From an uncultured Candidatus Saccharibacteria bacterium (lineage in GTDB: Bacteria; Patescibacteriota; Saccharimonadia; Saccharimonadales; CAZWFS01): a DNA stretch of 64,000 nucleotides. The stretch lies in the NCBI GenBank assembly GCA_964633325.1, contig CAZWFS010000001.1:3063-67062 (forward strand), read 5' to 3'. Positions 9,282 through 19,916 of the stretch are shown in pieces (position 1 is the stretch's first letter; every line of letters begins with the position of its first letter). Both the position numbers and the translations under genes were made by a program. The notes beneath the pieces were generated by a model, which made no database searches, was not told the DNA's origin, and saw only the letters and a list, made by a program, of their open reading frames with translations.

Positions 9282-10232
9282 ATGAATTCCTTGAGGGAAA
9301 AAGCTACTATTATTGGCGTTCCGCTGGATCTAGGAGCTGAGAATTTGGGGGTGGACGTGGGGCCGGATGCCTTCCGGTATCAGAAAATCGTCGAGAAGCT
9401 GGAGGGCGCAGGACTGATGATAAGTGATGCCGGCAATGTGGTTTGTGCGGAGCGAAGCACCATAAAAGTAGGCAATCCGAAGCTTCGCTACATGGAAGAA
9501 ATTGTCCGGATATCTGAAGAGGTATCGCACATGAGCGAATCGGCAATAACCAAAGGTGAGCGAGTAATTGCGCTGGGCGGCGACCATTCAATATGTTTAG
9601 GCGTTGTCTCCGGAGCTTCGGCGGCATTAAAGGGTGATCTGGGGCTGATTTATTTGGATGCCCACGGGGACTCCAATACACCGGAAACTACTTTGTCGGG
9701 CAATATCCACGGCATGCACTTAGCTTCCCTGCTCGGATATGGCGCTCCGGAACTGACTCATATACACAGCGAATCAGCCAAAATCACGAAAGAAAATCTG
9801 CTACACATAGGTGGCAGTGACTTCGATGATGCCGAATGGGAATTCATGCAGCGCGAGGGCTTCCCGATGTTCACCATGTTCGACCTGCTTTCAAAAAATC
9901 TTTCACCGCTATTAAAGATGATTGACGACCTTAGCAGCCGGGTCGGAAACGTTTGGGTCAGTTTGGATCTGGACGTTATCGACAGCGTCTACGCCCCGGG
10001 CGCCGGCATTCCTAATCAAGGTGGCTTGGCCTACCGAGAAATAGCCCTGATTGCCAACTACATAGGTGAACACTGCAACGTGGTAGGCGTAGATGTGGTT
10101 GAATACAACCCCCTCCAAGATATCAATCGTAAAACAGCCGAACTTGGCATAGAGCTAATCGCTAAATTATTAGGCACCAACTATAGCTGGTACACCACCT
10201 ACATGGGTCACAATCAAGTTTCTGAGTCTTAG
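9282..10232 (+). CDS. arginase/agmatinase/formiminoglutamase family (ureohydrolase) protein
   Basis: GGDHS, DAHGD and SLDLDVIDSVYAPG motifs are the three Mn-binding signature regions of the arginase family. Confidence 0.7.
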   Translation: MNSLREKATIIGVPLDLGAENLGVDVGPDAFRYQKIVEKLEGAGLMISDAGNVVCAERSTIKVGNPKLRYMEEIVRISEEVSHMSESAITKGERVIALGGDHSICLGVVSGASAALKGDLGLIYLDAHGDSNTPETTLSGNIHGMHLASLLGYGAPELTHIHSESAKITKENLLHIGGSDFDDAEWEFMQREGFPMFTMFDLLSKNLSPLLKMIDDLSSRVGNVWVSLDLDVIDSVYAPGAGIPNQGGLAYREIALIANYIGEHCNVVGVDVVEYNPLQDINRKTAELGIELIAKLLGTNYSWYTTYMGHNQVSES

Positions 10233-11044
10233 GCTGCCAGCTTCTCTGAAACCTTAGGATCATGAGCCACAATGTCATACACAACCCCTAACTGGGCGTC
10301 CATTTGGGGTGTCCACTGCCCTTTACCAAAGTCAATGCAGTAAATTTCAAGAGTTTCAGGATTAACCAGTAGATTAGGAGAAGACTGAAAGCCGTTAACT
10401 AAATGCTTATAGCTAAGGGTCTCGGGGCCAGCATCTTTATTATCTCTTACAAAATTTGAGAATTCGCCTAAATCAAGTGAATTCTCAACCAAAAACTCAT
10501 CACCCTGTCCTTCTACGATGTCCTTAGCACGAGCTAAAACTTGGTGCATTATTTGTAAGCGAGTAACTAAACCATAGATGTTACCCCTGAGTATGTCCGA
10601 GTTTCGTTGCTCGGTAGTTAACTCAGAAAGCATAAAGCGAGGCAATCTCTCCTGTAATGTATAGGATTTTATGGTATCCTGGCCCCCGCTCTGCATGTTA
10701 CCTACTACAAATGCGCTATTAGGCACATAATCGCCAAGGAATCGCTTCAGCAATTCGTACTTTGCTTTCTTGTATTTTGCATCAGCAAAAGCTGCCTCAG
10801 GAGAAAATTTTTCACGTCGGCGCGGTTTATTGCTCGCTTTAATGACAGCCTCGCCTACATACCGCGGAAACTCATCGGCATACTCAGCCCCTGCGGCTTG
10901 CTCATGACGGAATTCATAGACTTTGTTGTCTTTGCCAGAGCCAATCTTCCGCCCAATTGGGTAACGAAAAGGTCCGTGTATTTCGCGATATTGAGACATA
11001 ATTTTATTTTTAAGGTTAGCTTTTCTATTAATTAACAGTGACAA
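10229..11044 (-). CDS. hypothetical protein; possible kinase-like fold
   Basis: GRKIGSGKDNKVYEF resembles a glycine-rich nucleotide-binding loop; the rest is unassigned. Confidence 0.3.
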   Translation of the reverse strand: MSLLINRKANLKNKIMSQYREIHGPFRYPIGRKIGSGKDNKVYEFRHEQAAGAEYADEFPRYVGEAVIKASNKPRRREKFSPEAAFADAKYKKAKYELLKRFLGDYVPNSAFVVGNMQSGGQDTIKSYTLQERLPRFMLSELTTEQRNSDILRGNIYGLVTRLQIMHQVLARAKDIVEGQGDEFLVENSLDLGEFSNFVRDNKDAGPETLSYKHLVNGFQSSPNLLVNPETLEIYCIDFGKGQWTPQMDAQLGVVYDIVAHDPKVSEKLAA

Positions 11045-11068
11045 TATACCATAATACTATTTAATTGT

Positions 11069-12427
11069 CTAGTTAAGTTTGCGCGCTCGGCTGGATAGCT
11101 TTTGGCGGGCAGTGGCGATTTCGTCCCAGGGGTGTTCACCTGTAGCGTCTTCTTGGGTTTTTTCGTGCCCTTTGCCCAGCAAAAGGACGACGTCGCCTTT
11201 TTGGGCCCTGTTGACTGCAAATTGAATTGCCTCGCTCCGGTCATGTATCAAAAACAGATCCTTATCCCGAATTTTGCCGGCTTTTTCGGCTCCCACCGCA
11301 ATGTCGTTCAAAATAGTGCCCGGATCCTCCTGACGGTCATCTTCCTGGCAAAGCACCACTTCATCGGCGTACTTGCCGGCAATCTCGCCCTGCAGGGGCC
11401 GCTTGCCTTTATCACCGCCGCCGAGCGAGCCAAACAACACGATGATTTTGCCCTGGACAATTGGCCGCAGATCCGCAAATAATTTTTCAAAGCTATCAGG
11501 GCTGTGAGCGTAATCGACAATTACGTCGAAGTCCTGACCTTCGTCAATTTTAGTCATACGGCCTTCTACGCTATCTAGCGCCGTTATCCCCTTTTCAATC
11601 TGTTCTTTTGTTAGACCCAAGGCGCGTCCCACGCAGACTGCAGCCAATGAATTATCAATATTGAAGCTGCCCGGCAGGCGGCATTCAATTTGGTATTCCT
11701 CATCACCCGCCTTAGCCAGATAACTGCTCCCGCCGGGGCTTAGCTTAACGTTAATTGCCCTAACATCACCTTTGGTCTGGCCATATAAAATCGGGTTGGC
11801 AATGGCGGCTGCGAACACTTGGGCGTTTGGATCCTCGGCGTTAATAATTCCTGCCTGTAAACCCTTTTTATTACGATTTGCTAGTATAAACAGCTTCTTT
11901 TTGGCGTCGCGGTAGCGCTCGAAAGTACCATGATAGGCTAAATGCTCATGTGTCAGGTTGGTCAGGACTGCCACGGAATACGGCACGCCCCATACGCGGT
12001 TTTGAGCCAGCGCATGGCTAGTCGTCTCTAGTACTAACCACTCTACGCCCTGGCTCTTCATCCATTTGAGCCGCTGCATAAGTTCTGGAACGGTGACGTT
12101 AGTCATATGGTGCAGCTGCGGTCGGATATCCATTCCGGCACCGTAACTTACGGTACTATTGAAGCCAACCCTATAACCAGCTTCGTGTAGCATGCGGTGA
12201 ATCAAGAAAACAGTAGATGTCTTGCCGTTAGTACCAGTTACGCCAATGACTTTTAGCCCCTTGGCTGGAAACCCATTGATCGTATTGAACACTACGCCCT
12301 CTAACAGATGTCCATACGGCTCAATCTTTGGAAACAGCCCCTTAGGGATAAATTTCTTCACTAGTCTGCGAAAACCCATAAGCCCTAGTATAGCGGAATT
12401 TACAGTAGTCCCGCCTGCGCCCTTCAC
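11069..12427 (-). CDS. Mur ligase family protein, MurE-like
   Basis: GVTGTNGKTST P-loop and a DYAHSPDSFEKLF motif typical of the MurE/MurT branch of Mur ligases. Confidence 0.55.
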   Translation of the reverse strand: MKGAGGTTVNSAILGLMGFRRLVKKFIPKGLFPKIEPYGHLLEGVVFNTINGFPAKGLKVIGVTGTNGKTSTVFLIHRMLHEAGYRVGFNSTVSYGAGMDIRPQLHHMTNVTVPELMQRLKWMKSQGVEWLVLETTSHALAQNRVWGVPYSVAVLTNLTHEHLAYHGTFERYRDAKKKLFILANRNKKGLQAGIINAEDPNAQVFAAAIANPILYGQTKGDVRAINVKLSPGGSSYLAKAGDEEYQIECRLPGSFNIDNSLAAVCVGRALGLTKEQIEKGITALDSVEGRMTKIDEGQDFDVIVDYAHSPDSFEKLFADLRPIVQGKIIVLFGSLGGGDKGKRPLQGEIAGKYADEVVLCQEDDRQEDPGTILNDIAVGAEKAGKIRDKDLFLIHDRSEAIQFAVNRAQKGDVVLLLGKGHEKTQEDATGEHPWDEIATARQKLSSRARKLN

Positions 12428-12470
12428 GGCAAGAGAGCAAGTCTTCTAAACCACGTCATGCGCCGTTGAC

Positions 12471-13952
12471 TTAGCCCGTGTCGCTGGTTTCCGTATGGTC
12501 TACATGTACTGGCTTCAGGTAAGCAATCCGGTGCTTGCCTGCCTGGCTCTCAGCGGTAGATTGGTCCGCTTCAATCAGCCCCTGTAAATAAGCCTGTAGC
12601 TTAGCCTGAACGGGTTCAACGAAATGGGAATGTTCCGTGCCTTTAACTTGTTTGCCATCAATCACTTGGTCAGAACTTAATTCCTCCGTCCCATTCTTGC
12701 TACTTGCGCCAGCAAGACCATGGGCAACCTCATGGGCCACCGTCAGGGCGATCCCAAGGTCGGGGGGAAGCGGGTCGCCAGTCGTTGTCCTACTAGTGCC
12801 GCTATCTAACACAACTAAAAATTGATTATTGGTAGGCTCGTGGGGTTCCGCGGCGCGTACGTTGATACCTATTGCGCTACATTGTTGCCGCTCAGGAGGC
12901 CGGACAAGAACTTTATCTACACCTGGGGTTTCAGAGTCAACAAGGCACAGCCGTTCGTCCGATACTAACACCAGGCTTAGCCTCAGGTTCAACTGGCCCC
13001 GCATAGCCTTTTGCCGCATCACGGCGATGTCACTAGTTATAGGGTTACCTTCAAGTGTCGCGCCAATATCTAGGACTTTGGTTATCAGGACGTCCAGGGC
13101 CCGAGGATCAATCTCCAGCGGTTCAGTTTTGTCATCAAGTTTACTGGTATAAATATTGAACATAATGCCTTGAGAGGTCCGGACGGCCATATTGAATTCT
13201 GCTTGATAATGCTCTAGTTGGCTTTTGACTACGGCTTCGTCGCGTTCAATATTTTCTAATCCACTATTTTGCTGCTCAAGTTGAGCGGTCTCAGCTATCG
13301 TGGCGTCGATCCGGCTCCTGATATCATCATACTTTCGGACAGCCTCGGGCAGCTCCCATATATAGTCGCGGCTGTATCTGACATCAGTCAGCTCAGCAGT
13401 CAGTTTAGCTTCTAGCGATCGGGCTGCTGCAAGCGCGGCCCGTTGGTCAATAGCAAAGGAAGTTACCTCAAAGGGATGATTCTGAACCACCACATCGGCC
13501 TGGTCATATAATCGTTGCTCCTCGGATGTTGCGGGCATCAGCTCCTCTTGCTGGCTGTCAACTATTTCCGGGGGGATATGATTATGGTGTTCGGCGCCTT
13601 GTGGGGCATCATGCCTAAGCGCTCCAGTACCTTCATACACTGCGCCTCCTAGCACCCCTAAGTGAGCCACCGCCAGCATCCCGAGAGCCATAGCCTTCCT
13701 CCCCCAACCAGGACGTCGTTGTTCAACAGCGTCAAAGGCATCTGCCACCCAATCGACACCACTTTGCACTTTCCGGGATAGCCAGTTACCCTGAAGGTCG
13801 ACTGGCGGCCATGAAGCAGCTTCCGCATGAGTAGGATCCACTTCCTCCACCCATAGGCCAGCGAAAGGATCTGGCTCGTTCCAAGACATACCGTCATATA
13901 CTAAAGGCGGACTGGGTTCGGGAGGCGTTGGTAATTTAGGATGAGATGTCAT
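12471..13952 (-). CDS. membrane protein with a C-terminal HEXXH zinc-metallopeptidase-like motif
   Basis: Pro-rich N-terminus, one TM segment (ALGMLAVAHLGVLGGAV) and TVAHEVAHG near the C-terminus. Confidence 0.35.
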   Translation of the reverse strand: MTSHPKLPTPPEPSPPLVYDGMSWNEPDPFAGLWVEEVDPTHAEAASWPPVDLQGNWLSRKVQSGVDWVADAFDAVEQRRPGWGRKAMALGMLAVAHLGVLGGAVYEGTGALRHDAPQGAEHHNHIPPEIVDSQQEELMPATSEEQRLYDQADVVVQNHPFEVTSFAIDQRAALAAARSLEAKLTAELTDVRYSRDYIWELPEAVRKYDDIRSRIDATIAETAQLEQQNSGLENIERDEAVVKSQLEHYQAEFNMAVRTSQGIMFNIYTSKLDDKTEPLEIDPRALDVLITKVLDIGATLEGNPITSDIAVMRQKAMRGQLNLRLSLVLVSDERLCLVDSETPGVDKVLVRPPERQQCSAIGINVRAAEPHEPTNNQFLVVLDSGTSRTTTGDPLPPDLGIALTVAHEVAHGLAGASSKNGTEELSSDQVIDGKQVKGTEHSHFVEPVQAKLQAYLQGLIEADQSTAESQAGKHRIAYLKPVHVDHTETSDTG

Positions 13953-14015
13953 TGTATAATAGTTTGTTTTTTATAGTACTTATAAACATTAGCATATTAT
14001 TGACATAAAGGCAAT

Positions 14016-15092
14016 ATGAAAATTTTGGGAATTGAGACGAGTTGTGACGAAACGGCAGTGGCAGTGGTGGAGGACGGTTGCCGCTTACTATCTAATGCCG
14101 TGCTTTCCAGTATGGATTTGCATGCAGTTTATGGTGGGGTGGTGCCGGAGATTGCCGCCCGCAGCCATATAGAATCGATAATCCCAGTAATCAAACAAGC
14201 CCTGGAGGAGGCACGGTGCGAATGGGGTGATGTTGATGGCATTGCCGTTACTTATGGCGCTGGACTAGGTGGTTCCCTGCTCATTGGGGTGCTAGCCGCC
14301 CGCACTTTGGCAATTATCAAAGATAAGCCGCTTTATGCGATAAATCATGTCGAAGGCCACGTATACGCCAATTTCATTACTGAGTACAGAGCTGAGAGTA
14401 CAGAGCTGAGAGATTATCATTTGCCGCCTGCCGCGCCGGCATTTCCGATGCTGGCCTTAATTGTCTCCGGGGGACACAGCCAGCTGGCGCTGTTTAGGAA
14501 CCATTTTGACTACACTTTGCTAGGACAGACGCAGGATGACGCCATCGGCGAGGCTTTTGACAAGGTAGCAAAAATCCTAGGACTCCCCTACCCTGGCGGG
14601 CCAAGCGTGGGCAAAAAAGCTTTGGAGGGCAACCCGCGCACTTTCACCTTACCGAAAGCCAAGATGACGGGTAAATACGATTTCTCATTCAGCGGGTTAA
14701 AGACAGCCGTTTTAAGGCTCTGTCAACAACAGATTGGGGAAGATTACGCATTTCCCTCTTCCGGGCTGCCAGAACGGCTCTCTGAGACCCAGAAGGCCGA
14801 TATTGCCGCCAGCTTCCAGCGCGTGGCCATTGAAACGGTCGTAGATAAGACGCTTCTAGCCTATAAAGAGTTCCAGCCGGCCAGCGTCGTTATTGCAGGA
14901 GGGGTGGCCGCTAGCCCAGAACTGCGTCGCCAGTTAAGCGAAAGGCTCCCCTGCCCTATAAACTATACCGACCCAAAACTCTGCACCGACAACGGCGCTA
15001 TGATTGCCGCCCTGGGCTGCTTCAAGATGAAGCATGGCCAACCAGCTGTCGACCCTTATTCGCTCGATATTGCACCGAATTTATCAATGTAA
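14016..15092 (+). CDS. tsaD: tRNA N6-adenosine threonylcarbamoyltransferase TsaD (Kae1/Gcp family)
   Basis: MKILGIETSCDETAVAVV N-terminus and HxxGH-type motifs (NHVEGH) of the Kae1/TsaD family. Confidence 0.85.
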   Translation: MKILGIETSCDETAVAVVEDGCRLLSNAVLSSMDLHAVYGGVVPEIAARSHIESIIPVIKQALEEARCEWGDVDGIAVTYGAGLGGSLLIGVLAARTLAIIKDKPLYAINHVEGHVYANFITEYRAESTELRDYHLPPAAPAFPMLALIVSGGHSQLALFRNHFDYTLLGQTQDDAIGEAFDKVAKILGLPYPGGPSVGKKALEGNPRTFTLPKAKMTGKYDFSFSGLKTAVLRLCQQQIGEDYAFPSSGLPERLSETQKADIAASFQRVAIETVVDKTLLAYKEFQPASVVIAGGVAASPELRRQLSERLPCPINYTDPKLCTDNGAMIAALGCFKMKHGQPAVDPYSLDIAPNLSM

Positions 15093-15096
15093 AAGC

Positions 15097-15444
15097 TTAG
15101 GCTGATAACCGAGCTTGTGCATCCTGAACCAGTATTGCGAGAATCTCATCAGGATGCCTTGGCACCTGGGGTGTACCCACGCCAATAGACCTATTTATTT
15201 CCGCCATTTCAGGAGTTAAGTCATCAGGTGTACCGATAAAAGCAACCACCTGCCTTCCCAGCATTCGTGACGCTTCCCAGCTTATAGCATCTAGAGGATT
15301 CGGTAGCTCAGGATCATAACGGTAACGAGGTGGGCGCACTACCTGTCTACGAGGTAGTTCTGCATAAAGTATTGGATCTGATTCTGTGCCAAATGCAGAT
15401 TTCATAATTGCAGGTATGGTAACACAGCATAAGCTATATGTCAA
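15097..15444 (-). CDS. hypothetical protein
   Basis: ORF only. Confidence 0.3.
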   Translation of the reverse strand: MTYSLCCVTIPAIMKSAFGTESDPILYAELPRRQVVRPPRYRYDPELPNPLDAISWEASRMLGRQVVAFIGTPDDLTPEMAEINRSIGVGTPQVPRHPDEILAILVQDAQARLSA

Positions 15445-15756
15445 CTATTGCATTAAACAATTAAATAGGTTATACTTGGTAGGAAAACAAAAATGTTCGA
15501 GACCTGTCCGTCTAAGTCGGATCGTACCTTGAAGATAAAATGACAGTTTGGCAAAAGCAGAGTGGACTTTCACGTGAAAGTTTAGTTTATTGTTGCCAAA
15601 TTTCATGTGAAATCTTATCTGTTTAACAGAAGCTTAGGTAGTCTGGCTATGTTACGGCTTAAGAAGCAGCTATTTTATGTAGTGCGTTGACCCAAGAAGT
15701 CATAGAATCCTTAACAGATTGCTATCAGGTCGGCATCCTCTGTATAATGAACCTCC

Positions 15757-18351
15757 ATGACAACTGACAAACAGGGAAGTCGGGATTCTAGCAGCATGAA
15801 GCTGCCGAAAGTCTACGAACCCGCCCAGTACGAATCCGACATTTACGCCCTTTGGGAGAAAAGTGGAGCTTTCAAACCTCAGGGTAACGGCCAGCCCTTT
15901 TGTATTATCATGCCGCCGCCGAACGCTAACGGCTCGCTCCACTGTGGACACGCTATCGGATATACATTGACGGACGTAATCATCAGGTATAAACGAATGC
16001 AGGGCTTTAAAACACTATGGCTGCCAGGGACGGATCATGCTGGAATCGAGACGCAGTTCGTCTATGAACGCGATATTTTGGGTCCGGAAGGGAAAACCAG
16101 GTTAGACTTCACGCCTGACGAGTTCTTCCAAGATGTCATGGAATTTACGCTTGCCCGACAGGTTAAAATTTTAAGTCAGTTCCGCAGTATGGGATTCAGC
16201 CCTGACTGGAGCAGGCTGAAGTTTACTCTTGATCAAGACGTTATCGATGTTGTCTATGAAACGTTCAAACGCTTACATAATGACGGACATGTTTACAGGG
16301 GTAACCGTATCGTTAATTGGTGTCCCCGTTGTAGCGCTGCATTCGCCGATATCGAGCTAGAGCATAGGGAACAAGAGGATGCCATGTACACCCTAGATTA
16401 TGGTTCCGTACAGGTAGCTACGGTGCGTCCTGAGACTATCTTTGGCGATGTCGCCGTAGCCGTTCACCCCAAAGATGAGCGTTATAAAGATCTGAAGGGA
16501 AGGGAAGCGGTAATCCCACTAGTAGACCGCCCCATACCTATCATTACCGATGATTACGTAGACCTAAAAACTGGTACGGGAGCCTTGAAAATCACCCCAG
16601 GCCACGATCCGCATGATTATGATATTGGCCAGCGCCATAAATTACCGGAGATCTCTGTTATTGATAATGGGGGGTTAATGATTAACGTGCCGGAGGAATA
16701 CAGAGGCCTGAACGCTCAAACAGCCCGCAAAAAAGTGGTCGAGGATCTCAAAAAGGCGGGAAAACTGATGGGTACGCAACCTCTAGTCCACCAAGTTGCT
16801 GTCCACGACCGCTGCGGCACAACGATCGAACCACTAATCTCTGAGCAATGGTTCCTGCGCGTGAAAGAACTCAATAAGCCAGTTATCAAAGCGCTTAACG
16901 GCGAGGACGTCCGTATATTTCCAAAACGTTTTAAGAAAGTTGCACTTAACTGGTTGGAGCAAGAGCATGACTGGTGCGTAAGCCGGGACAGCTGTTGGTG
17001 GGGCATCCGCATGCCGGTTTACTACAGAATTTCTCACGACAGCAAAAAAGAACCTTACATAATAGCTAACAATGAGGATGAGGCGGCCGACTACTACGGC
17101 GCAGGGAACTATCAGGCGGAAACGGCGACGTTTGACACTTGGTTTTCCTCTGGGCAGTGGCCTTACGCCACGCTTATGAACACCGAAAAAGACGATTTTG
17201 CTACTTTTTACCCCACTGCCCTCATGGGAACGGCACGTGAAATCCTACACAAGTGGGTAACACGAATGGTCATGTTCGGCCTTTATAGGACTGGCCAGGT
17301 ACCGTTCAAGAACGTCTACTTGTGGGGGCTCGTAACAGATGAGCACGGGAAGAAAATGAGTAAAAGCAAGGGCAATGTAGTCGATCCGCTCAAGATGACG
17401 GATCTGTACGGTACCGACGCCTTACGGCTCGCAGGAGCCATAAGCAATACGGCCGGTTCCGATTCTCCATTGAGCGAAAAGCGTGTGGAAGCGATGCGAA
17501 ATTTCTGCAACAAACTATGGAACATCGCGCGGTATATCGAGGATAAGCTCGGCGCGGATTTCAGTACTGGAGCCCATCCAATACCAAAAACCATAGCCGA
17601 TCATTGGATGTTGAGTAATTTACAACAAGCGACAGAGAAAACCTCGGCGGAATTGAATGATTACCGATTGAATGAAGCGGCGAACGCCGTCTATCACTTG
17701 ATGTGGGATGATTTTGCTGATTGGTACATCGAGGCTTCCAAACAGGAATTGAACGCTAGCATGTTGGCTTATGGGCTGGAAACTATACTGAAGCTAGCGC
17801 ACCCCTTTGCCCCATTTGTGACTGAGACTATTTGGCAGACCCTGAACCAAGAAAACGATAGTTTATTGATTACCTCTAGTTGGCCGAAAGTACCGGGTGG
17901 CGACGCTAAAGCGGCACAGGAGTTCGAGGAGATTAAAAAAATTGTGGGTGAAATCCGCTACATACGTGGCGCGCTAAAGGCTCACAACTTGCACCTTTAT
18001 CACACCAGTGAGCCTTTTTTGCAGAAACATAGCGAGCTAATAGCCCATTTGGCTGGCTTGGAGTCGGTACAAGAAGTTAGAGATGGAACGGGGTTGCACC
18101 TTACCCAAACAAAGTACCGCTGCTGGCTGGACGTCGAGCAAGAAGCGGTCCAGCACTACGTAACTGAGCTGCATGGGAATATGACTGGCCAAGAAAAAGT
18201 AGTAGCACAGCTAAAAGGACGGCTGGAGAACAAAGATTATATTAAACGGGCGCCCAAGAAAATTGTCGAAGAGACTCGGCAGCAGCTAATTGAGGCCGAG
18301 ACCTTACTTAGCAAGCTTAACGAAGAATCCCAGCGGTTCAGCAGTAACTAG
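15757..18351 (+). CDS. valS: valyl-tRNA synthetase
   Basis: PPPNANGSLHCGHA (HIGH region) and KMSKS motifs. Class I aaRS of about 860 aa with a C-terminal coiled coil. Confidence 0.95.
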   Translation: MTTDKQGSRDSSSMKLPKVYEPAQYESDIYALWEKSGAFKPQGNGQPFCIIMPPPNANGSLHCGHAIGYTLTDVIIRYKRMQGFKTLWLPGTDHAGIETQFVYERDILGPEGKTRLDFTPDEFFQDVMEFTLARQVKILSQFRSMGFSPDWSRLKFTLDQDVIDVVYETFKRLHNDGHVYRGNRIVNWCPRCSAAFADIELEHREQEDAMYTLDYGSVQVATVRPETIFGDVAVAVHPKDERYKDLKGREAVIPLVDRPIPIITDDYVDLKTGTGALKITPGHDPHDYDIGQRHKLPEISVIDNGGLMINVPEEYRGLNAQTARKKVVEDLKKAGKLMGTQPLVHQVAVHDRCGTTIEPLISEQWFLRVKELNKPVIKALNGEDVRIFPKRFKKVALNWLEQEHDWCVSRDSCWWGIRMPVYYRISHDSKKEPYIIANNEDEAADYYGAGNYQAETATFDTWFSSGQWPYATLMNTEKDDFATFYPTALMGTAREILHKWVTRMVMFGLYRTGQVPFKNVYLWGLVTDEHGKKMSKSKGNVVDPLKMTDLYGTDALRLAGAISNTAGSDSPLSEKRVEAMRNFCNKLWNIARYIEDKLGADFSTGAHPIPKTIADHWMLSNLQQATEKTSAELNDYRLNEAANAVYHLMWDDFADWYIEASKQELNASMLAYGLETILKLAHPFAPFVTETIWQTLNQENDSLLITSSWPKVPGGDAKAAQEFEEIKKIVGEIRYIRGALKAHNLHLYHTSEPFLQKHSELIAHLAGLESVQEVRDGTGLHLTQTKYRCWLDVEQEAVQHYVTELHGNMTGQEKVVAQLKGRLENKDYIKRAPKKIVEETRQQLIEAETLLSKLNEESQRFSSN

Positions 18352-19190
18352 CCAGCCGGTTCAAGAGAGCTGCGGACGCGTTCGATGCTTTCGGCCACCC
18401 GGTAATCATCAAACCACAGGACGTGCCACCCCAGCTTCTCGGCTGCCATCAGATTAGCTCTAGAATCATCCACCAATAGAATCTCGGCCGGTGGGCAACC
18501 GGCTTTAGCTGCCGCTACCTCATAAATTTTGGTTTCCGGTTTGATGGCACCGACCTCCGAAGAATCAATTATTACATCATAGGGTATATCCGGCAAAAAG
18601 TTCTTGGCTACCATGGCCTTGATCTGTCCGGGCATTATATTACTTAGCAAACCAACCTGGTAATTTTCAGCTGCCCACCGGATTGTTTCCTGCATTTCCT
18701 CTATAGGATCAATAGCATCCAAATAGTAATCTTGCCAGTTAAGGTCTGCCACGTTTAGACGTTCCGCTAGCACGCGGTTGAATTCATCTGTACCTAGTTC
18801 TCCCCGACAGACGGCATCATTGTAATGCCAGAAAGTTGTCTCTATAAGGTCGGCAGGCGCACCCGTATCTTCGGCTATGCGCGTAAAGGCCCGGTGAAAG
18901 AAACGTACCAGGCAGCCATTAACGTCAAAGTAGGCAAAGCGAACCCCACTTTTGGAGACTTTCAAGTCGCGGCTTGAGGCGACAACCTCGCCAAGCAAGT
19001 CGCCCATGGACAGCCCTAGGGCGGCAGCAATGTTTTGAATTGTGAATATTGACGGAGCTTTGATGGCACCGCGTTCTATCTTGGCCAGAGTAGAATAACT
19101 GAGGTTGGCCTTATGGCAAAGGGTTTGCTGCGTCAAACCGGCCGCCTGTCTAGCCTCCTGCAGGCGTTTGCCCAACCCCTTTTCATCCAT
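18348..19190 (-). CDS. XRE-family HTH domain fused to a HAD-superfamily hydrolase domain
   Basis: N-terminal LTQQTLCHKANLSYSTLAKIERG helix-turn-helix, followed by HAD motifs (FDVNGCLV, LLSN, KPE...VDDS). Confidence 0.5.
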   Translation of the reverse strand: MDEKGLGKRLQEARQAAGLTQQTLCHKANLSYSTLAKIERGAIKAPSIFTIQNIAAALGLSMGDLLGEVVASSRDLKVSKSGVRFAYFDVNGCLVRFFHRAFTRIAEDTGAPADLIETTFWHYNDAVCRGELGTDEFNRVLAERLNVADLNWQDYYLDAIDPIEEMQETIRWAAENYQVGLLSNIMPGQIKAMVAKNFLPDIPYDVIIDSSEVGAIKPETKIYEVAAAKAGCPPAEILLVDDSRANLMAAEKLGWHVLWFDDYRVAESIERVRSSLEPAG

Positions 19191-19478
19191 AGACCATATC
19201 GTACCAATTAACGGCGGAAAATGGAAGAGAAACTAGTACTAAATGGCTAGCGATACCAAAGTCTGGGGCTACCAAATAAGTGCTGTGTCCTGTTAAAAGA
19301 TGGCTTTGAGGATAGCCAGAACCACAAGGAATAATAAAAGGCCTGAACCGCCAGCTACCACTAAAGAACTGGTATTATTGCCTCCCGTAGACCGGTACAC
19401 CTTGGAATATATCCACGTCCCAGCCCCTATGGCAAAAAGAAATGCAACAGTTATGTCAGAGAACATAACCGTATTGTA

Positions 19479-19871
19479 TCAGAGGCGCAGTTTATCGGCC
19501 ATAATGGCAAGCTCTGCCTGATCGGCCTCCCGTGTAAAGTCAGGCTCGACCCGAAATTGCGCCCCAGAGCTGATTGGAATCAGTTTGACGTGGGCGTGAG
19601 CCACATCTAGACCCTCAATCTGTACGCCAATTCGTTTGTCAGGTAAAACTTCATGCAGCCGTAGGGCAACCTTTTTTACTGTGTCCATAAGTGCGTGATA
19701 ATAGTCATCGGGCAAATCCATAAAATGATCGATCTGCGCCTTGGAAACAACGAGCACATGGCCCGGCTGGACCGGATGTATGTCGAGCAGGGCTATCGTC
19801 TTTTCGTCTTCGTAAATCTTATGGCAGGGGATTTCGCCTTTGATGATCTTGGTAAAGATGCTGTCTTCCAT
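19479..19871 (-). CDS. HIT (histidine triad) family protein
   Basis: Histidine-triad motif AHAHVKLIP and an N-terminus typical of the HINT branch. Confidence 0.75.
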   Translation of the reverse strand: MEDSIFTKIIKGEIPCHKIYEDEKTIALLDIHPVQPGHVLVVSKAQIDHFMDLPDDYYHALMDTVKKVALRLHEVLPDKRIGVQIEGLDVAHAHVKLIPISSGAQFRVEPDFTREADQAELAIMADKLRL

Positions 19872-19916
19872 ACTTCCATTGTAACCCCTTTCGTCGACCT
19901 GCCGTACAATTAGGTT

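Noticed and set aside
19300-19521. ORF 19300..19521 + in the gap between the HTH-HAD gene and the HIT gene.
   Set aside because: Short ORF with no RBS that overlaps the 3' end of the HIT gene on the opposite strand; likely non-coding promoter or terminator space.
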